A stretch of DNA of 63,327 bases, the filler included, from an uncultured Methanosarcinales archaeon (lineage in GTDB: Archaea; Nanobdellota; Nanobdellia; Woesearchaeales; UBA12501), in NCBI GenBank assembly GCA_964397315.1. It is 3 parts of 3 records of this genome, joined end to end, with 100 filler letters (N's around TTAATTAATTAA, not from the genome) between each part and the next. Parts side by side here need not be neighbours in the genome. Positions count along the whole stretch, not along the records: positions 1 to 27,912 come from CAYNHV010000019.1; 2 more parts are not named here. The stretch is one strand, 5' to 3'. The notes under the pieces were generated by a model. It was not told the origin of the DNA. It searched no databases and saw only the letters and a list, made by a program, of their open reading frames with translations. The first letter of the stretch is position 1, and the number at the start of each line of letters is the position of its first letter. Position numbers and translations under genes: made by a program. Shown here piece by piece: positions 9,574-19,518 of this stretch.

Positions 9574-10622
9574 AGAAAAAAAGCAAGGTGTTCTTTCTTG
9601 AGGAGTGGGGCAAGGCCCTGGTGCCTGAAAGGGTCAGGCCGCACCTCAGGGATTACCTCCTCAAGGCGGGCATCACAGAGGTCAATTACAGGTTCTTCGG
9701 AGGCCTCTTCTACGCATGCCTGGCAATAGCCCTCATATTCTACTTCTACCTCCCTTACGGCTGGCTCAGCCAGAGGTCAGAAGGCATTGTTGACACGCTG
9801 CTGTATCTCGGCCTGGGCTCTTTCATAGTCGTGGCTGTGGTGCTGTTCGCACTCTCCCTCCTTGTCATGGCAATAGTCTACTTCTACATTGACCTGAAGA
9901 TATACCGGAGGACAAAGGAGATTGAGGAGATACTTCCGGAGTTCCTGCAGTTCGTGGCTGGAAACCTCAAGGGAGGGATGTCGTTTGACAGGGCATTGTG
10001 GAACGCTATAAGGCCGCGCTTCGGGGTTCTTGCAAACGAGGTTGAGATAGCTGCCAAAAGGGTTATGACAGGGGAGGATGTTGACCAGGCCCTCACAGAG
10101 TTCACAAAAAAATACGACTCCTCAATGGTCAGAAGGTCATTTGACCTCATAATAGAGGGCATGAAGAGCGGCGGAAAAATTGTTTATCTCATTGACAAGG
10201 TCATAGACAATATCAACGAGACAAAAACCCTGAAAAAGGAGATGTCAGCGTCAGTCACCTCATATGTGATATTCATAACATTCATAGTGCTTGTTGTTGC
10301 GCCGGGACTGTTCGCGCTCTCCTACCAGCTCCTCACCATAGTGAGCTCGTTCGCGGGCCAGCTCGGAGGAGCCACAACCGGAGCGTCGGGAATGCCCATA
10401 AAGCTGTCAGAGGTGTCCATAAACCCCAAGGATTTCATAGGCTTTGCGCAGCTGAGCGTGGGAATCATAGCGTTCTTCTCCTCAATGATACTCTCAATAA
10501 TAAGAAGCGGCGACATAAAAAGCGGGATAAAATACATCCCAATCTTTCTCGTGGTCTCCATTGTGGACTTCAAGATATTCATGTGGCTGCTCTCAAACAT
10601 ATTCTCTTTTATTGCAGTGTGA
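9570..10622 (+). CDS. Second T2SSF/TadC-like membrane platform protein
   Basis: IEEILPEFL...NLKGGMSFDRAL...GEDVDQAL; overlaps the previous gene by ATGA. Confidence 0.88.
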   Translation: MKKKSKVFFLEEWGKALVPERVRPHLRDYLLKAGITEVNYRFFGGLFYACLAIALIFYFYLPYGWLSQRSEGIVDTLLYLGLGSFIVVAVVLFALSLLVMAIVYFYIDLKIYRRTKEIEEILPEFLQFVAGNLKGGMSFDRALWNAIRPRFGVLANEVEIAAKRVMTGEDVDQALTEFTKKYDSSMVRRSFDLIIEGMKSGGKIVYLIDKVIDNINETKTLKKEMSASVTSYVIFITFIVLVVAPGLFALSYQLLTIVSSFAGQLGGATTGASGMPIKLSEVSINPKDFIGFAQLSVGIIAFFSSMILSIIRSGDIKSGIKYIPIFLVVSIVDFKIFMWLLSNIFSFIAV

Positions 10623-10782
10623 CACTATGAAAGTCCGGGCATAATGCGCGCTTTCAGGACTATTCACCAATCGGTCATGAATCCACTCCTTAGTGCTCAC
10701 ATCACAGTAAATTATTTATATCATCCCTCACTCTCACAGCAAAAAAGAGGCGACATTAATGCAGTGAGAGGGGGGTATTTGG

Positions 10783-13700
10783 TTGGCTCACAGGATAACT
10801 CATAGGATAGAAGTTGCTACTGAGGATGATGCAAGAGCCCATATTGCGCGGGAAAAGCTCGGCAGGGATTTTCCTGTGAGCAATGTCAGTATTATTGATG
10901 CCTATACTATTAATGAAGATCTTGGTTCTTCACAGCTTGAGATAATGGCTGAGCAGCTTTCCAATCCAGTGACGCAGACAGCTGCTGTGGACAGGCCGAA
11001 CTTTCCTGAATCTTTTGACTGGGCTGTTGAGGTAGGCTTTCTGCCCGGAGTGACAGACAATGTCGGCAGCACTGCAACAGAGATGACAGAGGATGCCCTG
11101 AAAATCTCCCTTGATGAGGGAAAGAGGGCTTTCAGCTCAAGGGTTTATCTAATCTCAGGAAACCTGACTGAGGAGGATGTAAGAGGCATAGTTGATGAGC
11201 TTCACAACCCCCTCATCCACAGGGCAGGCGTGAAGGATTATGAGACATTCATCAGGGAGAATGGAATGGACGTGGTTGCTCCTGAAGTAAGGCTGCTTTC
11301 AAAGCCGGAGACCTCTGTTGTGGACATCAACCTTGATGATGAAGCCCTGCAGAGGCTGGGCAGGCTCGGCATACCTGACCACCTGTCTGAGCTGGACAAG
11401 GCAGAATACGAGAAAAAGCTGGAGACCTACAAGGATGACCCTCTCAGGAGGGGGAACTTCATTGAGAAGGACGGAAAATTCTTTGAGGTTAAAAGAAGAG
11501 GGCCTCTTGCGCTGAGCGTTGATTATCTTCACGCAATACAGGATTACTTCAGAAAAGAAGGAAGAAAGCCAACTGACATTGAGCTTGAATCCCTGGCCCA
11601 GACCTGGTCAGAGCACTGCAAGCACACAATATTCGCAGATCCGATTGACGACATAGAGGAAGGGCTTTTCAGGCATTACATCAAAAGATCCACAGATGAG
11701 ATAAGAAGGAGGAAGGTTGAGAGGGGGGAGGAGGACATCTGCGTCTCTGTGTTCCACGACAATGCGGGAGTGATAATGTTTGACGAAAACAATTATGTGT
11801 GCTTAAAGGTTGAGACCCACAACTCTCCTTCTGCGCTTGACCCTTACGGGGGCTCGATAACAGGCATAGTGGGGGTTAACAGGGACCCTCTTGGGACAGG
11901 CATGGGATCACTGCCCGTGCTTAACCTTGCAGGCCCATACTGCGAGGGAGATCCTGAGGACAGGACACACCTGTACAAGGGGCCGAATTTCACCCAAAGA
12001 ATGCTGCCTACAGGCAGGATACTGTCAGGGATAATAGATGGAGTCAAGGACGGGGGGAACTGCTCAGGCATACCCACTGCATTCTTCAGCAACATCCATG
12101 AGAGGAGATACAAAGGGAAACCGCTTGTGTTCGTGGGCACAATAGGCCTCATGCCAAGGGAGGTGATGGGAGAGCCGTCAGAGAAGAAGGCTGCAAGACC
12201 CGGAGATTATATTGTGATGGCAGGAGGCAGGGTCGGCAAGGACGGAATACACGGGGCAACATTCTCCTCTGAAGGAATGGATGAGAGCAGCCCTGCCACA
12301 GCTGTTCAGATAGGGGATCCCATAACCCAGAAAAAGCTAAGCGACGCGCAGCAGGAGCTCATGCTCAAAGGGCTTTACAACAGCGTGACTGACAACGGCG
12401 CAGGAGGCCTGTCCTGCTCTGTTGCAGAGATGGCTGAGGAGTGCGGAGGATGCTCTGTCCAGCTTGCTGATGTTCCTCTGAAGTATCCCGGAATGATGCC
12501 ATGGGAGACTTGGATTTCAGAATCCCAGGAGAGAATGACCTACTCTGTGCCAAGGGAAAAATGGGATTCATTCAGGAAGCTAATGGACAAGCATGGGGTT
12601 GAGTCAACAGTCATAGGAGAGTTCAATGACTCAGGAAGGTGTGTGTCCAGCCACGGAAACAGGAAGGTCATGGACATTGACATGCGCTTCCTCCACCACG
12701 GGTTGCCTCCTGTGCAGCTTAAGACAAAGTATGACAGGCCGGAGCATGAGGAGCCCTCAATTGATGATGTTGCTGACCACAACTCGCTGCTGCTCGGCAT
12801 GATATCAAGAAAGAATATCGCAAGCCACGAATACATCAACCAGCAGTATGATCATGAGGTGCAGGGAGGCTCTGTGCTGAAGCCCCTCCAGGGAAGAGGA
12901 AGGGTCAACGGCGACGCAATGGTGGCAAGGCCTGTGCTTGAATCAGACAGGGGGGTTGTGGTATCGCAGGGAGTCAATCCAACTTATAGTGACATTGACA
13001 CATATCACATGGCAGCAAGCGCCATAGACACCGCAGTAAGAAAGGCGGTAGCCGCGGGAGCCGCCCTTGATCGCCTTGCGCTGCTGGACAACTTCTGCTG
13101 GTCAAGCTCTGACGACCCTCAGAGGCTGGGAGAGCTGAAGGAAGCGTGCAGGGCCTGCTATGAGGTCTCAACAGGATATGAGACTCCTTTTGTGTCAGGA
13201 AAGGACAGCATGTTCAATGACTTCAAGGGTTATGACGAGAACGGAGAGCCTGTCAAGATATCAGTGCCCCCCACCCTGCTGGTGACAGCAGTGGGTGTTA
13301 TGGACTCTGCAAATGTTGTATCTATTGATGCAAAAGCAGAGGGGGATCTTGTTTATGTTCTCGGCGAAACCAAAGATGAGACAGGAGCATCAGAATACTT
13401 TGCAATGGCTGGAGAGGATGAAAGGGGAGAGGCTTACACAGGCAATGCAGTGCCGCAGGTTGATGCGGGCAGGAACATCAGGCTATACAGGGCTGTTGAG
13501 CAGGCAGTAAAAGAAGGTGTTGTCGCATCTGCAAAGAGCGTTGACAGGGGAGGCCTTGGAGTTGCCCTGGCAAAGACTGCAATGGCAGGCAGGCTTGGAA
13601 TGGATGTCTCGCTTGAGGACCTTCCCGGAGACGCGTCAAGAGACGATTTTGCGCTTTATTCAGAAAGCCAGGGAAGAATGATTGTCACAATAGACCCGAA

Positions 13701-13896
13701 AGACAGGGAGAGGCTTGAGGAGATACTCAGCTGCAAGGGAGTCAGCAGCCAGTCATACTCTCAGATCGGGACAGTCACAGGAGGCTCAGCAGGAGGCGGA
13801 ATGTTCAATGTGAGAGGAAAAGAAGGGAACAGAATCATGAGCCTGGACGTGGACGAAATGCTGGACCGCTACAGGAGCACGTTTGAGGAATATTAA
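10783..13896 (+). CDS. purL: FGAM synthase PurL with N-terminal PurS-like region, no glutaminase domain
   Basis: LAQTWSEHCKH, KVETHNSPS, GKDGIHGATFSS, DNGAGG, ISESQERM, QYDHEVQ, SGKDSM; TTG start after GAGGGGGG. Confidence 0.95.
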   Translation: MAHRITHRIEVATEDDARAHIAREKLGRDFPVSNVSIIDAYTINEDLGSSQLEIMAEQLSNPVTQTAAVDRPNFPESFDWAVEVGFLPGVTDNVGSTATEMTEDALKISLDEGKRAFSSRVYLISGNLTEEDVRGIVDELHNPLIHRAGVKDYETFIRENGMDVVAPEVRLLSKPETSVVDINLDDEALQRLGRLGIPDHLSELDKAEYEKKLETYKDDPLRRGNFIEKDGKFFEVKRRGPLALSVDYLHAIQDYFRKEGRKPTDIELESLAQTWSEHCKHTIFADPIDDIEEGLFRHYIKRSTDEIRRRKVERGEEDICVSVFHDNAGVIMFDENNYVCLKVETHNSPSALDPYGGSITGIVGVNRDPLGTGMGSLPVLNLAGPYCEGDPEDRTHLYKGPNFTQRMLPTGRILSGIIDGVKDGGNCSGIPTAFFSNIHERRYKGKPLVFVGTIGLMPREVMGEPSEKKAARPGDYIVMAGGRVGKDGIHGATFSSEGMDESSPATAVQIGDPITQKKLSDAQQELMLKGLYNSVTDNGAGGLSCSVAEMAEECGGCSVQLADVPLKYPGMMPWETWISESQERMTYSVPREKWDSFRKLMDKHGVESTVIGEFNDSGRCVSSHGNRKVMDIDMRFLHHGLPPVQLKTKYDRPEHEEPSIDDVADHNSLLLGMISRKNIASHEYINQQYDHEVQGGSVLKPLQGRGRVNGDAMVARPVLESDRGVVVSQGVNPTYSDIDTYHMAASAIDTAVRKAVAAGAALDRLALLDNFCWSSSDDPQRLGELKEACRACYEVSTGYETPFVSGKDSMFNDFKGYDENGEPVKISVPPTLLVTAVGVMDSANVVSIDAKAEGDLVYVLGETKDETGASEYFAMAGEDERGEAYTGNAVPQVDAGRNIRLYRAVEQAVKEGVVASAKSVDRGGLGVALAKTAMAGRLGMDVSLEDLPGDASRDDFALYSESQGRMIVTIDPKDRERLEEILSCKGVSSQSYSQIGTVTGGSAGGGMFNVRGKEGNRIMSLDVDEMLDRYRSTFEEY

Positions 13897-13907
13897 GGAC
13901 AATTAAA

Positions 13908-14726
13908 ATGACAGAACCAAAGGTTGTTGTGCTGGACGGATACGGAATAAACTGCCCAAGGGAGACCAAGCACGCTTTTGAGAAGGCAGGGCTCCCTAAA
14001 GATAATGTTGAGAGGGTGCACATAAATGACCTCATCTCCGGAGAGAAGAGACTTAAGGATTACAGGATAATGGTGTTTCCCGGAGGATTCTCATTGGGGG
14101 ATGACACAGGAGCGGGCAATGCTCTCGCAAACAAGATAAGAAACAATATGTGGGAAGAGGTTTATGGTTTTATAGGTGATGAGAGGAATCTTGTGATAGG
14201 CATATGCAACGGCTTTCAAGTAATGGCCAATCTTGGCATTGTGCCCGCGCTGGAGGGAGAATACGGCATGGCCGAGGCTGCGCTCTCCTTCAACAACACA
14301 GCAAGATTCAAGAACAGGTGGGTGGACCTCAAGGCTGAGGGCAGCAGCCCGTGGCTGGCGGGAATAGAAAAGCTGGCAATGCCTGTGAGGCACGGAGAGG
14401 GACGCTTTTACGCCCGCCCTGATGTTCTGGAAAGCATAGAAGAGGGAGGCCATGTTGCGTTAAGGTATGACAATGGAGAGATATGCGACTTCCTTGGCTG
14501 CGAGGCAGATCCCAACGGCTCGCTTAATGGCATAGCAGGGATCACTGACGCGACAGGCAGGGTGCTGGGCATGATGCCCCACCCTGAGGCAGCCATCAAA
14601 ATCAGCCATGACCCGAGATATACTGCAATAAAGGACAGGTGCAGAAGGGACGGCACAGCCCTTCCTGCAGAAGGAACAGGGCTGCGGCTGATACGCAATG
14701 GAGTGGAATACTGCAGGAAATGCTGA
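13908..14726 (+). CDS. purQ: FGAM synthase glutaminase subunit PurQ
   Basis: GINC, PGGFSLGD, GICNGFQ, HGEGRF, GMMPHPE. Confidence 0.95.
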   Translation: MTEPKVVVLDGYGINCPRETKHAFEKAGLPKDNVERVHINDLISGEKRLKDYRIMVFPGGFSLGDDTGAGNALANKIRNNMWEEVYGFIGDERNLVIGICNGFQVMANLGIVPALEGEYGMAEAALSFNNTARFKNRWVDLKAEGSSPWLAGIEKLAMPVRHGEGRFYARPDVLESIEEGGHVALRYDNGEICDFLGCEADPNGSLNGIAGITDATGRVLGMMPHPEAAIKISHDPRYTAIKDRCRRDGTALPAEGTGLRLIRNGVEYCRKC

Positions 14727-14742
14727 TGCAGGAGGTGCAAGA

Positions 14743-16080
14743 ATGAAAGACAGAGTTTTGGTTGCTGGTTCAGGAGGAAGAGAGCACGCTCTGGCGTGGA
14801 AGATTGCGCAGAGCGGGCATGTTGACAGGGTGTACATTGCTCCGGGCAATGCCGGAACCGCGTTGGAGGAGAAATGCGAAAATGTCCCCATCAAGGCGGG
14901 AGACTTCAAGGGAATTGCTGATTTCGTGAAAAGCAGGGACATAGGGCTTACTGTTGTTGGGCCTGAGGACCCTCTTGCAGCAGGAATTGTTGACTTCTTT
15001 TATCAGGAGGGCCTGCCTCAGAACGGCCATAGCATCTTCGGCCCGACAGCTGAGGCTGCCAGGCTTGAGTCCAGCAAGGTGTGGGCAAAGGAATTCATGA
15101 AAAAGAACAGAATCCCGACAGCTGAGTTCCGCGCATATGACAACCATCATTCCCATAATGCGATTGACAGGGCTGAAGACCTTCTTGAAGAAGATGGGGG
15201 TGTTGTGATAAAGGCTGACGGGCTTGCAGCAGGAAAAGGCGCAATAGTCTGCAGCTCATCCACTGACATAGCATCTGCCATTGACAGGATAATGAAGAAA
15301 AAGGAGTTCGGCTCTGCAGGAGACAGGGTTGTTGTTGAGAGATTTATGAGGGGAGAGGAGGCGTCAATACTCGCGCTTACTGACGGCAGCAGCATAAGAT
15401 ATCTTGCCTCATCCCAGGACCACAAGCCTGTTTATGATGGAGACAAGGGGCCTAACACAGGAGGAATGGGAGCTTACTCTCCAGCCCCAATAGTCACTGA
15501 TGCTGTCATGGAAAAGGTGAAAAGCAGGATTGCAGAGCCCACAATAGAGGGTATGTCAGGGGCAGGAAGCCCCTTTAGGGGATGCCTTTACATGGGCTTG
15601 ATGATTGACAGGAACGGAGACCCGAATGTTGTGGAATACAACATAAGGTTTGGAGATCCGGAGGCGCAGCCTGTGCTGTCAGTTCTTGACTCTGACCTTT
15701 TTGAGCTGCTTCACGCTTGCAGCAATGGAAACCTTGGCAGTTATAATGTCAGGGAAAAGCAGGGAGCAGCGTGCTGCGTGGTGATGGCATCATCAGGCTA
15801 TCCAGGCAAATACCAGAAGGGTCTTCTGCTGGACGGGCTGGAAGAGGCGTCTGAGATGGAGGGCGTAAAGGTGTTTCATGCAGGCACAGCCAGAGATGAC
15901 AAAGGCAGAGTAAAAACAAGCGGGGGAAGGGTGCTTGGAGTGACAGGCTATTCTGGAGAGGGAATAGCAGAAGCCCAAAACCGTGCATACAAGGCAGTCG
16001 AGGAGATTGACAGGATGACACCGGATGTTTTCCACTACAGGAATGATATTGCCGACAAGGCAATAGGTGGCAGCAAATGA
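14743..16080 (+). CDS. purD: Phosphoribosylamine--glycine ligase
   Basis: GSGGREHAL, VVGPEDPL, LESSK, KADGLAAGKG, DHK, GPNTGGMGAY, RFGDPE, GGRVL; start set at ATG after GGAGGTG. Confidence 0.96.
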   Translation: MKDRVLVAGSGGREHALAWKIAQSGHVDRVYIAPGNAGTALEEKCENVPIKAGDFKGIADFVKSRDIGLTVVGPEDPLAAGIVDFFYQEGLPQNGHSIFGPTAEAARLESSKVWAKEFMKKNRIPTAEFRAYDNHHSHNAIDRAEDLLEEDGGVVIKADGLAAGKGAIVCSSSTDIASAIDRIMKKKEFGSAGDRVVVERFMRGEEASILALTDGSSIRYLASSQDHKPVYDGDKGPNTGGMGAYSPAPIVTDAVMEKVKSRIAEPTIEGMSGAGSPFRGCLYMGLMIDRNGDPNVVEYNIRFGDPEAQPVLSVLDSDLFELLHACSNGNLGSYNVREKQGAACCVVMASSGYPGKYQKGLLLDGLEEASEMEGVKVFHAGTARDDKGRVKTSGGRVLGVTGYSGEGIAEAQNRAYKAVEEIDRMTPDVFHYRNDIADKAIGGSK

Positions 16081-16937
16081 AAGGACAGAATATAGATCCC
16101 TTTTACGATCCTGAGAAGGCAATGCCCATGAATGTGGTGGCTTTCATGTCAGGCTCAGGCTCTAATGTAGAGAAGGTTCTTGAGCACCAGAAAAGGGCAG
16201 AAGAAAGAGGAATCCCTCCTTACAGGATTGTTGCAGTTTTCACTGACGAGCCATCAAGCCAGAAGTGCAATTACAAGAATATCGCAGGTGATTACAGCCT
16301 TCTTCCACTGGAGCACGGCAGCATTGATGATTTCTATGTTAAAAGAGGGTATCCAGACAAGAAGAGCGCGGGCAGGGAGGAGAAATTAAGGCTGAGGAAA
16401 GAATTTGATGAGGAGACTCTCCGGCTTCTCCGGGACTTCACAAAAGATTACGGGGTTGACATTCACTGCCTGATGCTGGGCGGCTACATGAGCTTTCTGA
16501 CCTCGCCTGTCATAGACAATTACCTGACAGTCAATGTCCACCCTGCAGACCTGAGAATAAGAACTGATGATGGCAGGAGGAAATACACAGGAGACAATGC
16601 TGTAAGGGATGAGATAGCAGCAGGAGAGAGTGAGATAAGATCAACAGTGCATGTTGCGGCAGAGAAGGTTGATTACGGGCCGATGCTCATGGTTTCAGGG
16701 CCCCTGGCTGTAGACCATCAAGGATTATCACTTGAGCAGCTCAGGAACTCACCTCAGAAGCTTGAGGAAGTGGCGGACTACAACCAGAATAGGCTGAAGG
16801 AGGCAGGAGACTGGGTGATATTCCCCAAGACTCTTGATTACATTGCAGAAGGAAGGTTCGGGCAGGACAGAGAGGGGAATGTTTTCCACAGGAATGAGAA
16901 AGGCGGATGGGCTGAAGGCCCCATAGTGCTTGATTGA
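16077..16937 (+). CDS. purN: Formyltransferase family protein (PurN-like GAR transformylase)
   Basis: FMSGSGSN, LGGYM, NVHPA, STVH...VDYGP; located between purD and purE. Confidence 0.8.
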   Translation: MKGQNIDPFYDPEKAMPMNVVAFMSGSGSNVEKVLEHQKRAEERGIPPYRIVAVFTDEPSSQKCNYKNIAGDYSLLPLEHGSIDDFYVKRGYPDKKSAGREEKLRLRKEFDEETLRLLRDFTKDYGVDIHCLMLGGYMSFLTSPVIDNYLTVNVHPADLRIRTDDGRRKYTGDNAVRDEIAAGESEIRSTVHVAAEKVDYGPMLMVSGPLAVDHQGLSLEQLRNSPQKLEEVADYNQNRLKEAGDWVIFPKTLDYIAEGRFGQDREGNVFHRNEKGGWAEGPIVLD

Positions 16938-16951
16938 CTGGAGGTGCAAGA

Positions 16952-17515
16952 ATGAAAGATGAAGGATTCAGAGAGGAGTTCTATGAAAAGGGTTACGGCG
17001 CTGTGATAATCGCTGGTTCAGGCAGTGATGACGAGCCAAAAATAAATCCGGCAACAGGAGAAGAGGGAGATTCCCACATAGGAGAGATTGTAAAGTCCCT
17101 GCAATTATATGAGATTCCCTGTGAGGTCAGGATAGGCTCGGGCCACAAGCAGCCGTATGATGTAATGGGGATGGTGAGTGAGTATAACCAGGCAGAAGGG
17201 GCGCTTGCGATGGTAACTGTTGCAGGCGGCACAGACGCGCTTTCAGGAATAGTTGCATACCACTCCATGTTCCCTGCAATCAGCTGCCCTCCTCCTTCAG
17301 AGGACGGGAGCCAGCACAATGAAAGCTGCCTTAACAACCCTCCTGGAAGCTCAAACGCTTATGTGAAAGAGCCTGCTAATGTAGGCAGGCTTGTTGCCCA
17401 GATGTTCTCACATCTTAACCCGGAATTGAGAAATGTCCTTTTGGAAAAGAACAAGAGCAAGATAAACTCACTGCATGGAGCAGACAAGAAAATAAACCGC
17501 AATTATGCAAGATGA
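16952..17515 (+). CDS. purE: AIR carboxylase family protein (class II-like PurE)
   Basis: IIAGSGSD, RIGSGHK, VAGGTDALSG, PAISCPP; start after GGAGGTG. Confidence 0.8.
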   Translation: MKDEGFREEFYEKGYGAVIIAGSGSDDEPKINPATGEEGDSHIGEIVKSLQLYEIPCEVRIGSGHKQPYDVMGMVSEYNQAEGALAMVTVAGGTDALSGIVAYHSMFPAISCPPPSEDGSQHNESCLNNPPGSSNAYVKEPANVGRLVAQMFSHLNPELRNVLLEKNKSKINSLHGADKKINRNYAR

Positions 17516-17525
17516 GGTGAATAGG

Positions 17526-18221
17526 ATGGGAAAGAACACAGTTACAGAAGTTGATAATCTGGTGCCGGTGAGGCACGCCCTTATGAGTGTGTCAGACAAG
17601 TCAGGACTTGAGGATTTCATTCCTCAGTTGGTTGAAGACTGCCCAGGTCTTGTGATATACTCAACAGGAGGAACATACAGCAGAATCAAGGAGATTCTCG
17701 GCAGCAGCGCAGAAGAAAGGCTGGTTCAGGTATCTGATTACACAGGCCAGCCAGAGACTCAAGGGGGGTTGGTCAAGACCCTTGACTTTAAGATATACCT
17801 GGGGATATTAACAGAGACTTACAACGAGGCCCATCAGGAGGATATGAGGAGGACAGGCGCAGTGCCTATTGACATGGTAGTGTGCAATCTTTACCCTTTT
17901 GAGGAGACGGTTTCCGAAGGTGCCACGCTTGAAGAGGCCAGAGCGAACATTGACATTGGAGGGCCCGCAATGATAAGGGCTGCGGCAAAAAATCACCTCA
18001 GGACAGCTTCTGTGGTGAGTCCGGACAGTTATGGCTTCCTTGCAGAACACATAAGGTCAAACAATGGCTGCACAGAGCTTCCGATAAGATTTGACCTTGC
18101 CAAAAAGGCATTTGCGCACACTGCAGGATATGACACTGCAATATCAGAGCATCTTAAGCCAATACCATTGGCGGATGTTTTAGAAGCATATCCTACAGTG
18201 CATGAGAGAGGAGGTGAGTGA
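17526..18221 (+). CDS. purH: Stand-alone IMP cyclohydrolase (N-terminal MGS-like domain of PurH)
   Basis: ALMSVSDKSGL, YSTGGT, GGLVKTL, VVCNLYPF, NIDIGGPAMIRAAAKN, AFAHTAGYD; SD GAGGTGA. Confidence 0.88.
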   Translation: MGKNTVTEVDNLVPVRHALMSVSDKSGLEDFIPQLVEDCPGLVIYSTGGTYSRIKEILGSSAEERLVQVSDYTGQPETQGGLVKTLDFKIYLGILTETYNEAHQEDMRRTGAVPIDMVVCNLYPFEETVSEGATLEEARANIDIGGPAMIRAAAKNHLRTASVVSPDSYGFLAEHIRSNNGCTELPIRFDLAKKAFAHTAGYDTAISEHLKPIPLADVLEAYPTVHERGGE

Positions 18222-18222
18222 G

Positions 18223-19479
18223 ATGGCAGGAGAAAAACCACTTAAAGATATGTACAGGACAATGTCAGATGACCCTTTCCCTCAGAAGATGGAGATAAGC
18301 TTTGTTGGAGATGACGGGAGCAGGCAGACACTTGCTTATGAGAAAGCAACATGGGAGATTGATGGGGAGAGGAAGGGCCTGAGGTATGGTGAGAATCCGG
18401 GCCAGCCTGCTGCGATGTACAGTCTGCTCAACGGCAACCTTGTTCTTGGCGGCGTGAGCACCATAGCTGCTGGAAACCATCTTGCGTCAGACATTGAGCT
18501 CCTGCAGTCAGGAAAGCACCCCGGCAAGACAAACATAACTGACATTGACAACGCGCTGAACATACTGAGATACCTTAATGAAGAGCCATGCGCTGTCATT
18601 GTAAAACACAACAACCCCTGCGGAGTGGCTCAGGATGAATCGCTGGAAACAGCCTATCATCGCGCATATATGGCTGACAGGGTGGCTTCTTTCGGCGGAG
18701 CCATTGCTCTCAACAGGCCTGTGGACAAGCCCACAGCAGAGGCAATAGCATCCCAATATGCTGAGGTTGTCGCAGCTCCGGAGTATGAAGAGGGAAGCTT
18801 TGACATACTCGCAGGAAGAAAGAACCTCAGGATAATGAGGATTGACAACATGGAGAGGCTTGAGGATTTTGTGGGGCAGAGGTTTGCTGAGTTCAAGAGC
18901 CTTATTGACGGCAGCCAGATAGTGCAGCTATCTTATGTTCCCAATCTTGCCATTGACAGGGAGAGCCTCTTTCTGGCAGAGACAATTCATAACGAGAAGA
19001 CTTACAGGGTTGAGAGGGAGCCAACCCAGAGAGAGCTTGATGACATGATATTCGGCTGGCTTGTGGAGGCAGGAGTCACGTCCAACTCAGTCCTTTATGT
19101 CAAGGACAAGTGCACAGTGGGCATAGGCACAGGAGAGCAGGACAGGGTTGGTGTTGCAGAGATCGCAAGGGACAAGGCCTACAGGAAGCTCGCTGACAGG
19201 CTGTGCTTTGAGAGTGAGGGAGTCCCGCTCAATGAGGCTGGAATGGCAGGGGCTGTATACAAAAACCAGGCAGCAGAGATGAAAGGAGGGCTTGAAGGCT
19301 CTGTCATGGTCTCAGACGCGTTCTTTCCATTCAGGGACGGCATTGATGTCGGGCTGAGAGAAGGGGTTACTGCAGTGATACAGCCCGGAGGAAGCGAGAG
19401 GGACTTTGAGTCAATAGAGGCCTGCAATGAATACAATGCAACAATGATGTTCACAGGCCAGAGAAGCTTCAAGCACTGA
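18223..19479 (+). CDS. purH: Stand-alone AICAR transformylase (C-terminal domain of PurH)
   Basis: LRYGENPGQ, IVKHNNPCG, SFGG, SNS, GEQDRV, SDAFFPFRD, IQPGGSERD; own SD GGAGGTGA. Confidence 0.88.
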   Translation: MAGEKPLKDMYRTMSDDPFPQKMEISFVGDDGSRQTLAYEKATWEIDGERKGLRYGENPGQPAAMYSLLNGNLVLGGVSTIAAGNHLASDIELLQSGKHPGKTNITDIDNALNILRYLNEEPCAVIVKHNNPCGVAQDESLETAYHRAYMADRVASFGGAIALNRPVDKPTAEAIASQYAEVVAAPEYEEGSFDILAGRKNLRIMRIDNMERLEDFVGQRFAEFKSLIDGSQIVQLSYVPNLAIDRESLFLAETIHNEKTYRVEREPTQRELDDMIFGWLVEAGVTSNSVLYVKDKCTVGIGTGEQDRVGVAEIARDKAYRKLADRLCFESEGVPLNEAGMAGAVYKNQAAEMKGGLEGSVMVSDAFFPFRDGIDVGLREGVTAVIQPGGSERDFESIEACNEYNATMMFTGQRSFKH

Positions 19480-19518
19480 AGAACCAATTCTTTCTTGTTT
19501 TTCTTTTTTTGATTCAGG

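Noticed and set aside
10725..10777. CTCTCAC/GTGAGAG pairing that could hide the purL SD, like a purine riboswitch
   Set aside because: Only about 7-9 bp, the 5' arm probably lies upstream of the start site implied by the TATA box at 10715, and I recognise no aptamer consensus.
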